Positions 1-9,028 of a DNA stretch of 64,000 bases are shown here, one piece after another; the stretch's first letter is position 1; the number at the start of each line of letters is the position of its first letter. Position numbers and translations under genes: made by a program. Under the pieces are notes generated by a model, which did no database searches, was not told the origin of the DNA, and was given only the letters and a program-made list of their open reading frames with translations. The DNA comes from an uncultured bacterium (GTDB taxonomy: Bacteria > Acidobacteriota > Thermoanaerobaculia > Multivoradales > JAHZIX01), in contig CBDUPA010000012.1 of assembly GCA_965368975.1 (NCBI GenBank), positions 183,049 to 247,048 of the forward strand. Direction: 5' to 3'.

Positions 1-1
1 G

Positions 2-1477
2 GGGATGGTGGTGTGCATGAGCCGTGCGATCTGCATGGATCTGTACGACGAGATCGTCGCCCTGCGTCCGGACTGGCACGGCGACGACGACGCGGACGGC
101 CGCGTCAAGGTGGTGATGGATCCGAACGTCCGGCGTCAGCGTGAGGGCGAGAGCGATCAGGACTACGACTGGCTGGCCGAGCGCATCCGCTCGCACGGGC
201 GCACCAAGGGCCGGCGGGCCACGATCGCCGACCGCTTCAAGAACCCGGACGACGATCTGCGCCTGGTGATCGTCTGCGACATGTGGCTCACCGGCTTCGA
301 CTGCCCACCGCTGCACACGCTCTACCTCGACAAACCGCTCGCTGGCCACAACCTCATGCAGGCGATCGCGCGCGTCAACCGGGTGTTCGGCGACAAGCCG
401 GGCGGCGTTGTGGTCGATTTCCTGGGCATCGCCGACCAGCTGCGCGACGCGGTCCACGTCTACACCCAGGCGGGCGGTGAGGGGCAGCCGGTGCAGGAGA
501 TCCAGGACCAGGCGGTACCCCTGATGCTGGAGAAGGTCGAAGCGCTGGACGACTTCTTCGCCGACTTCCCGAGCGTCGAGAGCTTCGTGCGGCTCGATGG
601 CGGCGCGCAGCAGGAGCGCTTGCAGGCCGGCATGGACTACGTGTTCGCGCAGAGCAACGGCAAGCAGCGGTTCCTGTCCATGGTCGCGGCGCTGTCCAAG
701 GCCTTCGCGCTGTCGGTGCCACGCGAGGAAACGCTGGAGGTGCGCGAGCGCCTGATCTTCTACCAGGCCGTGCGCGCCGCGATCCGCAAGAGCGGCCTGG
801 TCGACGCGCCCGCGCCGCCGCCCGACACCCGCGCCGCCGTGCGCCAGGTGCTCGCCGGAGCGATCGCCACCGACGGCGTGATCGACCTGTTCCAGGCCGC
901 CGGTATCGACCAGGCCAACGTCGGCATCCTGTCCGACGACTTCCTCGACCGCCTGGCCGCCATGCCGCACAAGAACCTGGCGCTCGAAACCCTGCGCAAG
1001 CTGCTCAACGACCAGATCCGCAGCCGCGAGCGCGTCAACCTGGTGCAGTCGCGCGGCTTCCGCGAGGCGCTCGAAGCCAGCCTGAGTCGCTACACCAACC
1101 GTGCCATCACCACCGCCCAAGTGATCGAGGAACTGCTCGGCCTGGCGCGTACCATTCGCGACCAGGTCGCCGCCGCCGAAGCGTCCGGCCTGAGTGACGA
1201 CGAACGAGCCTTCTACGACGCCCTGGCCGACAACGACAGCGCCCGTCACGTGATGCAGGACGACACGCTACGCCAGATCGCCTGCGAGCTCGCCGAGAGC
1301 TTGAAGAAAAAGGCCACTCTCGACTGGACCCAGCGCGAAACCGTCCGCGCCGACATGCGCCGCACCGTGCGGCGACTCCTGGCCAAGCACGGCTATCCGC
1401 CGGACCAGCAAGAGACCGCGACGCAGCTGGTGATTCGACAAGCCGAACTGACGGCGCGAGCGCTGGTGGAGGCGTGA
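2..1477 (+). CDS. hsdR: Type I restriction-modification endonuclease subunit R, C-terminal part (5'-truncated by window edge)
   Basis: Motifs [33 protein letters not shown] and [12 protein letters not shown] (HsdR helicase motifs). DUF3387-like tail with [20 protein letters not shown] and HGYPPD. Confidence 0.93.
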   Translation, partial: GMVVCMSRAICMDLYDEIVALRPDWHGDDDADGRVKVVMDPNVRRQREGESDQDYDWLAERIRSHGRTKGRRATIADRFKNPDDDLRLVIVCDMWLTGFDCPPLHTLYLDKPLAGHNLMQAIARVNRVFGDKPGGVVVDFLGIADQLRDAVHVYTQAGGEGQPVQEIQDQAVPLMLEKVEALDDFFADFPSVESFVRLDGGAQQERLQAGMDYVFAQSNGKQRFLSMVAALSKAFALSVPREETLEVRERLIFYQAVRAAIRKSGLVDAPAPPPDTRAAVRQVLAGAIATDGVIDLFQAAGIDQANVGILSDDFLDRLAAMPHKNLALETLRKLLNDQIRSRERVNLVQSRGFREALEASLSRYTNRAITTAQVIEELLGLARTIRDQVAAAEASGLSDDERAFYDALADNDSARHVMQDDTLRQIACELAESLKKKATLDWTQRETVRADMRRTVRRLLAKHGYPPDQQETATQLVIRQAELTARALVEA

Positions 1478-1481
1478 GGGG

Positions 1482-3719
1482 TTACCGCTCCACGCCCAGC
1501 GCTTCCAAGTTCAATCGCTCGCCATCGGTCAAAGACACGGTTTGGACGATCTCGCCGTCGACTTCGAGGTGATAGACGCCAGCGGCCAGAAAGGGCACTT
1601 CGAAAGCCCCGCTCGCATCGGTGACCGTCCAGGCGGTGCGACGAGCGTTGTGAGCCGACACCAAGCGGACTTCGTGCGCTGACCCTTCGAGCACGCCCTG
1701 AAGGCTGGCGGTCGGTAGTTCGAAGTCGAGACTCGCGTCTTGAAAGTCGGCTGGGATTCGGCCTAGGTAGATGGAAGTTCCGGGGCGGCTCAGGCGCAAG
1801 TCGACTTCCCGGCCTCGATGGTGCACGGTGAACGTGTTGTCGGCGTCGACCGGCGCGGCGAGAACGCTGGCGCCGTCTTGGGAGCTCAATTGCCAGCCTG
1901 CTGGTGGTGGCCAGATGCGCACGCGGATGTCGCGGGACGGGGAACCGAAGATGACCTGGGTGGTCTCGCCAGCTCGTACATCCGCGAGTTGCACGTCGCC
2001 GCCGGAGGTCACGGTTACTGTCGATCCTTCGCTCCGGACTTGTTCGAGAATCACGTGGTGCCGTCCCACCGTCAGCGGCCCGAAGCGGACCCGTCCGTCG
2101 AGATCGGTCGTGCCACTGCCGCGACCGAGCCCGCCGGGACCGCCCCCCGGCATGTCGTGGACGATCGGGCAGCCGGCGCAGGGGAGCCCCGACTCGTCGT
2201 CGAAGGCCAGAACGTCGATCCAGCCGCCGGCTTCCAGGTCGATGACGAAGGGCTGCTTGATGACGGTTGGATCAGGTGGTAGTTCGATACTCAGGGGAGG
2301 GTAGGCGCTGGCGAGTACGCGGACCCGAATCGGTTGCTCACTCTCGATCGCCGAGCGGAACTCGCCGGCCTCGTCCGTGACCGTCTGGACGGCGCCCGGC
2401 GGTCGCAACGAGGTCAGCTGCGCTCCGGCGACAGGTTCGCCGGATTCCGCGTCCTGTACCCGTCCCCACAACTCGGAAGCGGTCGACAACTCGATGGTGG
2501 CGAGGTCTTTCGTTTCACCGGCTGCCAGCGTGACGGTACGTTCTTCGACTCGAAAGCCCGGTGCAGCTACAACGAGCTGGTACGTCGATGGGTTCAGGTT
2601 CTCGGCCTCGAAGCGACCATCCGCGGAGACGGGGATCTCGACGATGTTCGGTGATGCCCCGGAGAAGCGAGACGGCAGTTCGAACGAGACTGCCGCATTG
2701 GCCACCGGTTCGCCGTCGTGCTGAACTCGCCCCCGGACCTTGGCGAGCGGGTCGAGGTAGCAGTGAACGTCGGTCGGTGGGGACTCGAACGCTTGCCGCT
2801 CGGCGACGTGGCCCTTTGCCCTACACAGCACGTGTAGCGGCTGGTCCGGACCGAAACCGGTCAGCCGAGCTTCGCCATCTGTGTTCGTCGCTCCCGAGAA
2901 CTCGACGCGCTGTCCCGCAACGGGTTGTGACGCGGCGACCTGGGCTCCTGCCAGAACTTCGCCGCCGGTGTTGCTAACGATGAAGTGCACGCCCAGTCCA
3001 CGCGCAAGATCGATCTCTCCGAGGTCCAACCGCGCTGTCCGTGAGGCAGGCTCTTCGACGGATCTCTCTTCAGCGCCTTGGTCCTCCACTTCGAAAGCGG
3101 TTCCGAGGAGTAACTCCGGCTCCGGCACTGTGAAGGCGTCCAACAAGTCGATGCGCCCACCAGGTGCTTGGATCTCGAGGCGATACGTACCGGGCCCCAG
3201 CTGCGGCAGTTCGAAGCGCCCCTCGGCGTCCGTCCGGACCTCGCGCCGGGGTTCGGCTGCATCCGGGGCGAAGGCGAGTGGCACGAGAAACGGCTTGCGC
3301 GCTTCCAGTTCGGCGAGCGTCAGTCGAACCCGTGCTCCGACTACCGGCTCATGCTCGGATACGAGCTTTCCGGTTACGACGACTCCTGGTGCCAAGACCG
3401 GGTGGAGCACGTCTCCAGGCCGTAGATACTGCGATCGGCAGTGCGTCGTGCCCGTCTCCATGCCGTTGCAGATCACAGCCTGGCCTTCGGTGCCCTTCCA
3501 GGTCCATACTTCCTCTGCGTCTTCCGCGCCGAAACGCCACCGCGCCACCTCAGCATCTGCCGCGAAGGGCACAACCTCGAACCAGACCGCCGGCCTGGTC
3601 GACGCGGTTTCGGAAGTCGACGCCGTGGCCTCTGAGATCGACGCCGTTATGCCAGCGCCAAGCAGTCCGAGCGTCAAAGTAAGGCCGGCGCGAGTCCAGA
3701 ATGCCTCGGTACCGATCAC
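1482..3719 (-). CDS. Exported protein with multiple carboxypeptidase-regulatory-like (transthyretin-like beta-sandwich) domains
   Basis: N-terminal hydrophobic segment. Repeated G-x-V...P-V-x-G-A-x-V...T-D-x-x-G-x-F...L-x-P-G-x-Y units. Last gene of the 5298->1482 operon, 5 nt after the upstream stop. Confidence 0.75.
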   Translation of the reverse strand: MIGTEAFWTRAGLTLTLGLLGAGITASISEATASTSETASTRPAVWFEVVPFAADAEVARWRFGAEDAEEVWTWKGTEGQAVICNGMETGTTHCRSQYLRPGDVLHPVLAPGVVVTGKLVSEHEPVVGARVRLTLAELEARKPFLVPLAFAPDAAEPRREVRTDAEGRFELPQLGPGTYRLEIQAPGGRIDLLDAFTVPEPELLLGTAFEVEDQGAEERSVEEPASRTARLDLGEIDLARGLGVHFIVSNTGGEVLAGAQVAASQPVAGQRVEFSGATNTDGEARLTGFGPDQPLHVLCRAKGHVAERQAFESPPTDVHCYLDPLAKVRGRVQHDGEPVANAAVSFELPSRFSGASPNIVEIPVSADGRFEAENLNPSTYQLVVAAPGFRVEERTVTLAAGETKDLATIELSTASELWGRVQDAESGEPVAGAQLTSLRPPGAVQTVTDEAGEFRSAIESEQPIRVRVLASAYPPLSIELPPDPTVIKQPFVIDLEAGGWIDVLAFDDESGLPCAGCPIVHDMPGGGPGGLGRGSGTTDLDGRVRFGPLTVGRHHVILEQVRSEGSTVTVTSGGDVQLADVRAGETTQVIFGSPSRDIRVRIWPPPAGWQLSSQDGASVLAAPVDADNTFTVHHRGREVDLRLSRPGTSIYLGRIPADFQDASLDFELPTASLQGVLEGSAHEVRLVSAHNARRTAWTVTDASGAFEVPFLAAGVYHLEVDGEIVQTVSLTDGERLNLEALGVER

Positions 3720-3724
3720 GGCGC

Positions 3725-3997
3725 TCAGCTACAGGTGTAATCGCAAGTTTGGGTACAGTCGCCGGTCGATGGGCAGGAACAGGAGGCCTTCAACGAACAT
3801 CCAAAGGGCGGGGCTGCACACCCGCACAAGGCCTGACCACAGTGGCAACCACTTCCAGAGCCGCTACCGGCGCCCCCTGGGTCTTGCTGGAAGGGTCCGC
3901 TACCCGCAGGCGAGGCATTGGCGGGCGGTAAGCTCGCCAGAGTTACGAGACCCACGATGGCGAGCAGCAGAGCCAGGGTTGTTGCTAGTTTTCTCAT
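3725..3997 (-). CDS. Small secreted cysteine-rich protein (10 Cys), paralog B
   Basis: Signal peptide ending ANA, a Gly/Ser spacer, then CHCGQALCGCAAPPFGCSLKASCSCPSTGDCTQTCDYTCS. GGAG RBS. Same Cys spacing as the neighbour. Confidence 0.85.
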   Translation of the reverse strand: MRKLATTLALLLAIVGLVTLASLPPANASPAGSGPFQQDPGGAGSGSGSGCHCGQALCGCAAPPFGCSLKASCSCPSTGDCTQTCDYTCS

Positions 3998-4018
3998 GAG
4001 AACTGTTGGCTCCCTGTT

Positions 4019-4291
4019 TCAAGCACAGTAATACGTACATTCCTGTGTGCAATTGCCCGTTGATGGGCAGGAGCAGCTAGCCGTAAGACTGCAGCCTGCC
4101 GGAGGCGCTGCACAGCCACACCGCTCTTCACCGCAGTGGCAGCCACTTCCCGAGCCGCTACCGTCGTCTCCTGGGTCCTGCTGGAAGGGTCCGCCTCCGG
4201 CAGGGTTTGCATCGGCGGATGGGAGCGCAATCAAGGTGAGCAAGGTGACAGCGGCGAGTACCAGTGCGCATAACAATACGACTTTCTTCAT
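4019..4291 (-). CDS. Small secreted cysteine-rich protein (10 Cys), paralog A
   Basis: Signal peptide ending ADA, GPFQQDPG...GSGSGSG spacer, then CHCGEERCGCAAPPAGCSLTASCSCPSTGNCTQECTYYCA. GAGGAG RBS. Confidence 0.85.
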   Translation of the reverse strand: MKKVVLLCALVLAAVTLLTLIALPSADANPAGGGPFQQDPGDDGSGSGSGCHCGEERCGCAAPPAGCSLTASCSCPSTGNCTQECTYYCA

Positions 4292-4317
4292 GAGCAGGCT
4301 CCTCCTCTGGGTCTATC

Positions 4318-5298
4318 CTAGGGAGATGGATTGTCGACCTCGAAGGTTTCAGGCTGTGTGCCACAGCGTGACAGAATACGTCCTGAAGCTTCGTGTTCCA
4401 TCGGGATGAAGAGCACATCTTCACCGATCAGGGCAGAGCGTAGCGAACAGTCGGGACTGTCGAGCTTCAGCGTCCGCGTGTTCAGGCTGCCGTCGAGAGC
4501 AACTCGGGTCAACAAGGCCGTCGTTCGGTTGTCCTCGCATTTGCTGACAATCCAAGCGCGCCCTCGATCGTCGACCGTCATGCGCAGCACTTCGAACAGA
4601 GGTGTTTGGATTTCGCCTTGCTGCTTCAGTTGTGCATCCAGCTCTCGACGCCAGCTCTCGATTTCGGGGTACCGGTGGGCCGGAACCTGCGCTGTTGCCA
4701 GAACTTCTCCTTCCAGCGAGAAGATGGTCAGCTCTCCCGTCAAGCTGTTCAGGGCGAAAAGGCGGTCCAGCGGCGCGTTGTAGGCCAGAGTCAGCGAGCG
4801 CAGAAACGTGGCTCCAGGCTCCGGCACGATCCGGGTCGCTTCGCCGAAAGCCCTCTCCCGTTCGCCCGTATCTAGATTCCAGATCTCAACGAGATGAGCC
4901 GCGCGGGTGGGTGCAACCGCCACTCGATGTTGATCGATCCAGATGACGTCGGCAGCCTCATGTGTCAGGTCGAGAGCGCGATCCTCGTCGGCTCCCGGTC
5001 TGCGCACGAAGAGACGGGTTCCGGCATTGTCCAGGCGAATCAGGCCCCAAGCTCGATCGAGATCCAAGCTGCGCGAGTTGGGCACACTGAACCCCGAAAT
5101 TCTAGAGGCGTCACCAGCCCACAGGTCGACGGTGTGTTCTCTGCGGTCCCAGGTCCAGAGGTTTCCTCGCCGGGCGTCTCCGATCTCGTCCACGCTGATG
5201 CCGGGGCTTGCCGAGCAAGTCAGTTTGGTTTCCGCAGCTGCGGCTGGGCTACTCGGTAAGATCAAGCTCAGCACGATGATTATTAGAGTCTTAGCCAT
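4318..5298 (-). CDS. Secreted hypothetical protein, probable beta-propeller (YncE/NHL-like)
   Basis: Signal peptide, then beta-rich repeats (GNLWTWD, VEIWNLDTGE, DRLFALNSLTGELTIFSLEG, MTVDDRGRAWI). Confidence 0.65.
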   Translation of the reverse strand: MAKTLIIIVLSLILPSSPAAAAETKLTCSASPGISVDEIGDARRGNLWTWDRREHTVDLWAGDASRISGFSVPNSRSLDLDRAWGLIRLDNAGTRLFVRRPGADEDRALDLTHEAADVIWIDQHRVAVAPTRAAHLVEIWNLDTGERERAFGEATRIVPEPGATFLRSLTLAYNAPLDRLFALNSLTGELTIFSLEGEVLATAQVPAHRYPEIESWRRELDAQLKQQGEIQTPLFEVLRMTVDDRGRAWIVSKCEDNRTTALLTRVALDGSLNTRTLKLDSPDCSLRSALIGEDVLFIPMEHEASGRILSRCGTQPETFEVDNPSP

Positions 5299-5330
5299 GG
5301 GTTTTCGTCTCTACGTGCAGGATGGCACAT

Positions 5331-5360
5331 ATTCTCATCTATGAGAATGCCCAGTGTCAA
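5331..5360 (-). promoter_or_regulatory. Putative sigma70 promoter with an overlapping palindromic operator for the Cys-rich peptide operon
   Basis: Minus strand TTGACA (5360-5355), 18 nt spacer, GAGAAT (5336-5331). Perfect inverted repeat ATTCTCAT-ct-ATGAGAAT at 5331-5348. Confidence 0.5.
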
Positions 5361-5477
5361 TGCCGTTCCGCTCCTCACCCTGACGCTCGCCCTCGCCGCC
5401 CTCTGGGTGCTGCGACGCTGACGTTCACCCTGCTTTGGGACTAGAGGTCAGTCCCATATCCGCCGACTTGCTGCCGT

Positions 5478-6356
5478 CTAGCCACCAGGCTCTGTAGCTG
5501 TGGGCTGCAAGGTCAGCGTGCCGGAGACGAGTTCGCCGGAGCTCTCGAGCCGTCCGTGCTCGCCCTGGAAGATCCCGTCTTTCGTCTCGCCTCGGAAGAA
5601 GAACGTGCGCGATCCAGGATCTTCCAGGACCTCTCCTGCCAGTGGCCCAGAGTCCAGGCTTCCGTTGGCGGTGCCTGCATAGACCAACTTGCGCTCACCC
5701 ATGGCGAAGTGGAACTCGACCTTCCAGGTCCCCTCTCCCGTCGGCTCGAAGTGGACGTCGAGATCACCGGACGAGGACGGCGTGATCTCGATCCAGGTGT
5801 AGCTTCCCTCGAAACTCTGCGGCGTTGCCGGCACCGTCACCTCGTCTTCCACGGGAACTGACAGGGCTTGTGCTTCGGACCCGGCGGAGGTACGGGGTCC
5901 GGGGTTTAGGACCAGGGTTCCTATCTCTTCTTCCTCGAAGTCTTCGATGCGATAGGTCGAGCCGCTGAACTGTCCCGATGCATCGATCAAACCGCGAAAG
6001 GCGTAGGTGCGGTCGTGGGCCGAGGTGTAGACGGTTCCCTGCAACGAGGGGGCCGAGTCGTCTGTTGGGCGTGCCGCGTCGGTGGATACTAGCTTTCCGA
6101 CCGCGTCGCCGGAGAAGGTCTGCGGATGGTCCTGGAAGGTGAAGTGGAAATCCACCGTCCAGGTGTCCTCACCGGTGGGCGTGAAGATGGCGTCGATGTC
6201 GTCGCCGACGCCTTGCTCGGTCCAGAAGTAGTAGCCGTGATAGGCGTGTGCGGCAGGAGGAGCGGCACCTAGCGGCGTGGTCGAACCACGTAGTGATGCC
6301 GCAGCGAGGAGGAGCCAGGTGCAGCAGAAGATAGCGTAGCGTCTTGATAGGGACAT
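5478..6356 (-). CDS. Secreted hypothetical protein with two tandem homologous beta-barrel-like domains
   Basis: Start chosen at MSLSRRY because a signal peptide follows. The halves align: GYYFW..DIDAIFTPTGEDTWTVDFHF..RTYAFRG..GTLVL versus GSYTW..DLDVHFEPTGEGTWKVEFHF..RTFFFRG..GTLTL. Confidence 0.7.
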   Translation of the reverse strand: MSLSRRYAIFCCTWLLLAAASLRGSTTPLGAAPPAAHAYHGYYFWTEQGVGDDIDAIFTPTGEDTWTVDFHFTFQDHPQTFSGDAVGKLVSTDAARPTDDSAPSLQGTVYTSAHDRTYAFRGLIDASGQFSGSTYRIEDFEEEEIGTLVLNPGPRTSAGSEAQALSVPVEDEVTVPATPQSFEGSYTWIEITPSSSGDLDVHFEPTGEGTWKVEFHFAMGERKLVYAGTANGSLDSGPLAGEVLEDPGSRTFFFRGETKDGIFQGEHGRLESSGELVSGTLTLQPTATEPGG

Positions 6357-6627
6357 GGAGCGAGTATAGACCCGGAGGCTCGGGTGAGGCCGCTTCACGC
6401 CCAAGAGCAGCGGTGCGCCGCCTCTGTGAGGTCGCAAGATCGACTCAGTGCTGGTCGCAGCAGGTCACGCCGATCGACGTCTCGCAGCGCGGCCCGGTGC
6501 AGCCGCCGTGCACGTCACCGCTCAGCCGCCTCGAATCCAGGTATAGAATCGAGCCACCTATCCCGCATCCTGTCGACACTCGCGAGGAGCATCTGCAATG
6601 CATAGATCGAAACACTGCACGAGCATC

Positions 6628-7170
6628 ATGACCTCCGGAAGCGCGCTCAGTTCTGCTCTGCGCCTCTTGGTCATCCTGATCGTCCTGGTCGTCGGCGGTC
6701 AATTCGCCTACGAGCAATACCAAGCCCGCAGTGGCGGCGGTGGAGAGTCGGACACGTGGCAGGTCGAGACGGATTTCCTCGACATCGAGTCCGGGGCGTG
6801 CGGCGATCAGGATCGCAGCATCGAGGCGGCTTGGGAGATCTCGGCAAATGGCCAGGATCTGTCGACCGCGGAGGATCTCTCGGCCAACCGGGGCCGGCGC
6901 TCGGGCCGCGTGACGCTGAGCGGCAAGTCCTATACCTGGAACTCTCTCACGGATCCCCGGCTACGGATTGCGGGCTGGGTGTGCGATCTGGACAGCGGCA
7001 GCTGCGGTTGGATGGGGCAGTTCAGCGCCGAGTTCCAGGTGCGGGGCGGCCGTGTCGAACCGAAGAGCGGTGACGTCGAGCGGCTGTCGGGCGGTCGCTT
7101 CGCCATTCCCGTGCCGTCCCTGGAAACGGCCTGCGAGATGTCGGTCGTGGTCCGGTTCCGCGCCAGGTGA
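6628..7170 (+). CDS. Hypothetical membrane-anchored protein
   Basis: Single N-terminal TM helix (LRLLVILIVLVVGG), then a beta-rich domain with 4 Cys. Start is uncertain (6598 or 6628). Confidence 0.6.
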   Translation: MTSGSALSSALRLLVILIVLVVGGQFAYEQYQARSGGGGESDTWQVETDFLDIESGACGDQDRSIEAAWEISANGQDLSTAEDLSANRGRRSGRVTLSGKSYTWNSLTDPRLRIAGWVCDLDSGSCGWMGQFSAEFQVRGGRVEPKSGDVERLSGGRFAIPVPSLETACEMSVVVRFRAR

Positions 7171-7298
7171 CGGTGGAGTTGGGGCAATACCAAGGCCCGG
7201 TGCCTAAACCAACTACCAGGCCGAAGCCCTACGCAGGCTGCGGGGAGTTACGCGGAGGTCACCGAGGGCCAGTGTGGGAAATCGCTAGCGACCCTCCT

Positions 7299-8402
7299 CT
7301 ACTCCCGCACCAACCGCAACCGCATCACCACCCCCGGTGACGTCTCTTCCGCATAGTCGAAGCGCAGCAGCACGATCTCTTCTTCCCCCTCGTCCCCCAC
7401 CACCGCGACGTCCCCGCGCAGCAGATCTCCTCCCGACTCTGACGCCACCGGCAGGTGCACCTCTTCCGGCCCCGTCTCGCTGTCGCCCAGCAGCACCAGT
7501 CGCCAGCGCACGCCGGCACCGCGGGCGCGGCGTACGACCAGAGCAGGACCGTTTCGGAAGGGCAGGATCTCGTCGACGACTTTGTGACCGTTACGCCACT
7601 GCGCGCGAGCTGCGAGGGACCACTGCATCATGTAGCTCTCACGCTCGCTGAGGTCGCAGTCGCCGAAGAGGCCGAGGGTTTCGCTGGTCCATTGACGCTG
7701 GAGCTGGCGGTCGGGGCCGTAGTGGTAGACGCCGTCTTCGACGCCTGGCACGATCACGAAGCCACCGTCGGGTAGGAAGCGGGCGGCGGAGATCTCGAGG
7801 GCGCCGCAGCCTTGGAAGCGCTTGGCGCCGGGACCGTCTTGGGAGGTGTAAGCGGGCTCTAGGTCGAGGCTCTCGCTGTCCAGGAGCCAGGCGAAGGCGC
7901 CGTCGGGGAGGACGGCACCGGTGCGGCCACGACGGCTGCCGAGGAGGAGGAGACGGCCATTGGCGTCGATGTCGAGGGCGGCGATCTGGTCGAGGCGGTG
8001 GTGGCTGGCGATGTTGAGCAGGGGGCCAGGTGGAGCGCTCAGGCGGCGCCAGCGCAGCGTGTTGAGTGGGGCGGCGGCGGCGAGGTAGGGAGTGCCGTCC
8101 TCAGTCTGGGCAGCGGCCAGGCGGTTGACGGCGGGGAGAGGGAGGTCGACTTCGGTGACGGTGCCGGTCTTCAGGTCGAGACGCACGACGCCGCGCCGGC
8201 CGGTAGCGAGGAAGACTACACTGGCGCTGGCGTCCGCCCAGGCGATGTCGGTGGTCGGGCCGAGGTTGCCGGGGAGGTCGTGTTCGCTGAGCAGGTCGAC
8301 GTGGTCGGCAGCTGGTGCCACGGACGCCAGCGAGGCTGCGAGCAGGGCGGGGGCGAGGAGGGTGCGGAGTCGCCGATGTCCGGGAGTGGGGCTGCGCGGC
8401 AT
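7299..8402 (-). CDS. Secreted hypothetical protein, probable beta-propeller
   Basis: Signal peptide LLAPALLAASLASVAPA and beta-strand repeats (TDIAWAD, VVRLDLKTG, ALDIDANGRLLLLG). Start 8402 avoids overlap with the upstream gene. Confidence 0.6.
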   Translation of the reverse strand: MPRSPTPGHRRLRTLLAPALLAASLASVAPAADHVDLLSEHDLPGNLGPTTDIAWADASASVVFLATGRRGVVRLDLKTGTVTEVDLPLPAVNRLAAAQTEDGTPYLAAAAPLNTLRWRRLSAPPGPLLNIASHHRLDQIAALDIDANGRLLLLGSRRGRTGAVLPDGAFAWLLDSESLDLEPAYTSQDGPGAKRFQGCGALEISAARFLPDGGFVIVPGVEDGVYHYGPDRQLQRQWTSETLGLFGDCDLSERESYMMQWSLAARAQWRNGHKVVDEILPFRNGPALVVRRARGAGVRWRLVLLGDSETGPEEVHLPVASESGGDLLRGDVAVVGDEGEEEIVLLRFDYAEETSPGVVMRLRLVRE

Positions 8403-8412
8403 GGTGCCGGGC

Positions 8413-8886
8413 TCAGGCGTCCGGCGCAACGACGTATTCGGAGATCACCCAACGCTCGCCGTCATGCCGGACCTGCCAGTGTTCCTTGTACACCGCTTCG
8501 AACGGCTGACCACTGGCGAACACCGCCTTCCAGCGCAGTCGGAAGTCGACGTTGAAGCTGCCACCTTCAGCTTCTGTGATCTCCAACTCCAGCGGCTCGT
8601 GCGTCGCGCTCTGGACGCTCTGTGCCGTACCCGCGTGCCACTGCTGGAAGCCTTCGCGGCCGGCGAACGGGTTCCCCAGGACGTTCATCTGAAAGCCTTC
8701 GGCGGCGACGTGCGGCAGCAGCTGCTCGAGCGGTGCGTCGGCGTCGAGGGCAGTGAACCAGTCGGTGAAGAAGGCTTCGAGCCCTTCCTGCGTCGCGGGG
8801 CGGGTGGGGAAGTGATCGTCGGCGTGCAGGGTGGTGGGGAGGAGGGTGAGGAGGAGGACGGTGAGGATGCAGAGCGCGCGGTGCAT
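8413..8886 (-). CDS. Secreted NTF2/SnoaL-like family protein
   Basis: Signal peptide. FFTDWFTALD, FAGREGFQQW and EHWQV...WVISEY match the NTF2-like fold pattern. Confidence 0.65.
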   Translation of the reverse strand: MHRALCILTVLLLTLLPTTLHADDHFPTRPATQEGLEAFFTDWFTALDADAPLEQLLPHVAAEGFQMNVLGNPFAGREGFQQWHAGTAQSVQSATHEPLELEITEAEGGSFNVDFRLRWKAVFASGQPFEAVYKEHWQVRHDGERWVISEYVVAPDA

Positions 8887-8976
8887 GGGGGCTTCTCCTT
8901 GTCAGATCTTCTTGTGTATCCGGGGTCTTGGCCAGGCTATCGATCCTACAATACGGGCTTGTTGCTCTCAGCGAAG

Positions 8977-9004
8977 AGGGCGCCCACATGGGGACGCCCC
9001 TACA
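8977..9004 (-). repeat. Intergenic GTAG-type REP palindrome (singlet)
   Basis: agggcgcccacatggggacgcccctaca, which on the minus strand is tGTAGGGGCGTCCCCATGTGGGCGCCCT. Same family as the copies inside the NRPS genes. Confidence 0.75.
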
Positions 9005-9028
9005 CAGAGCGGAACCGGAAACCTCGCC

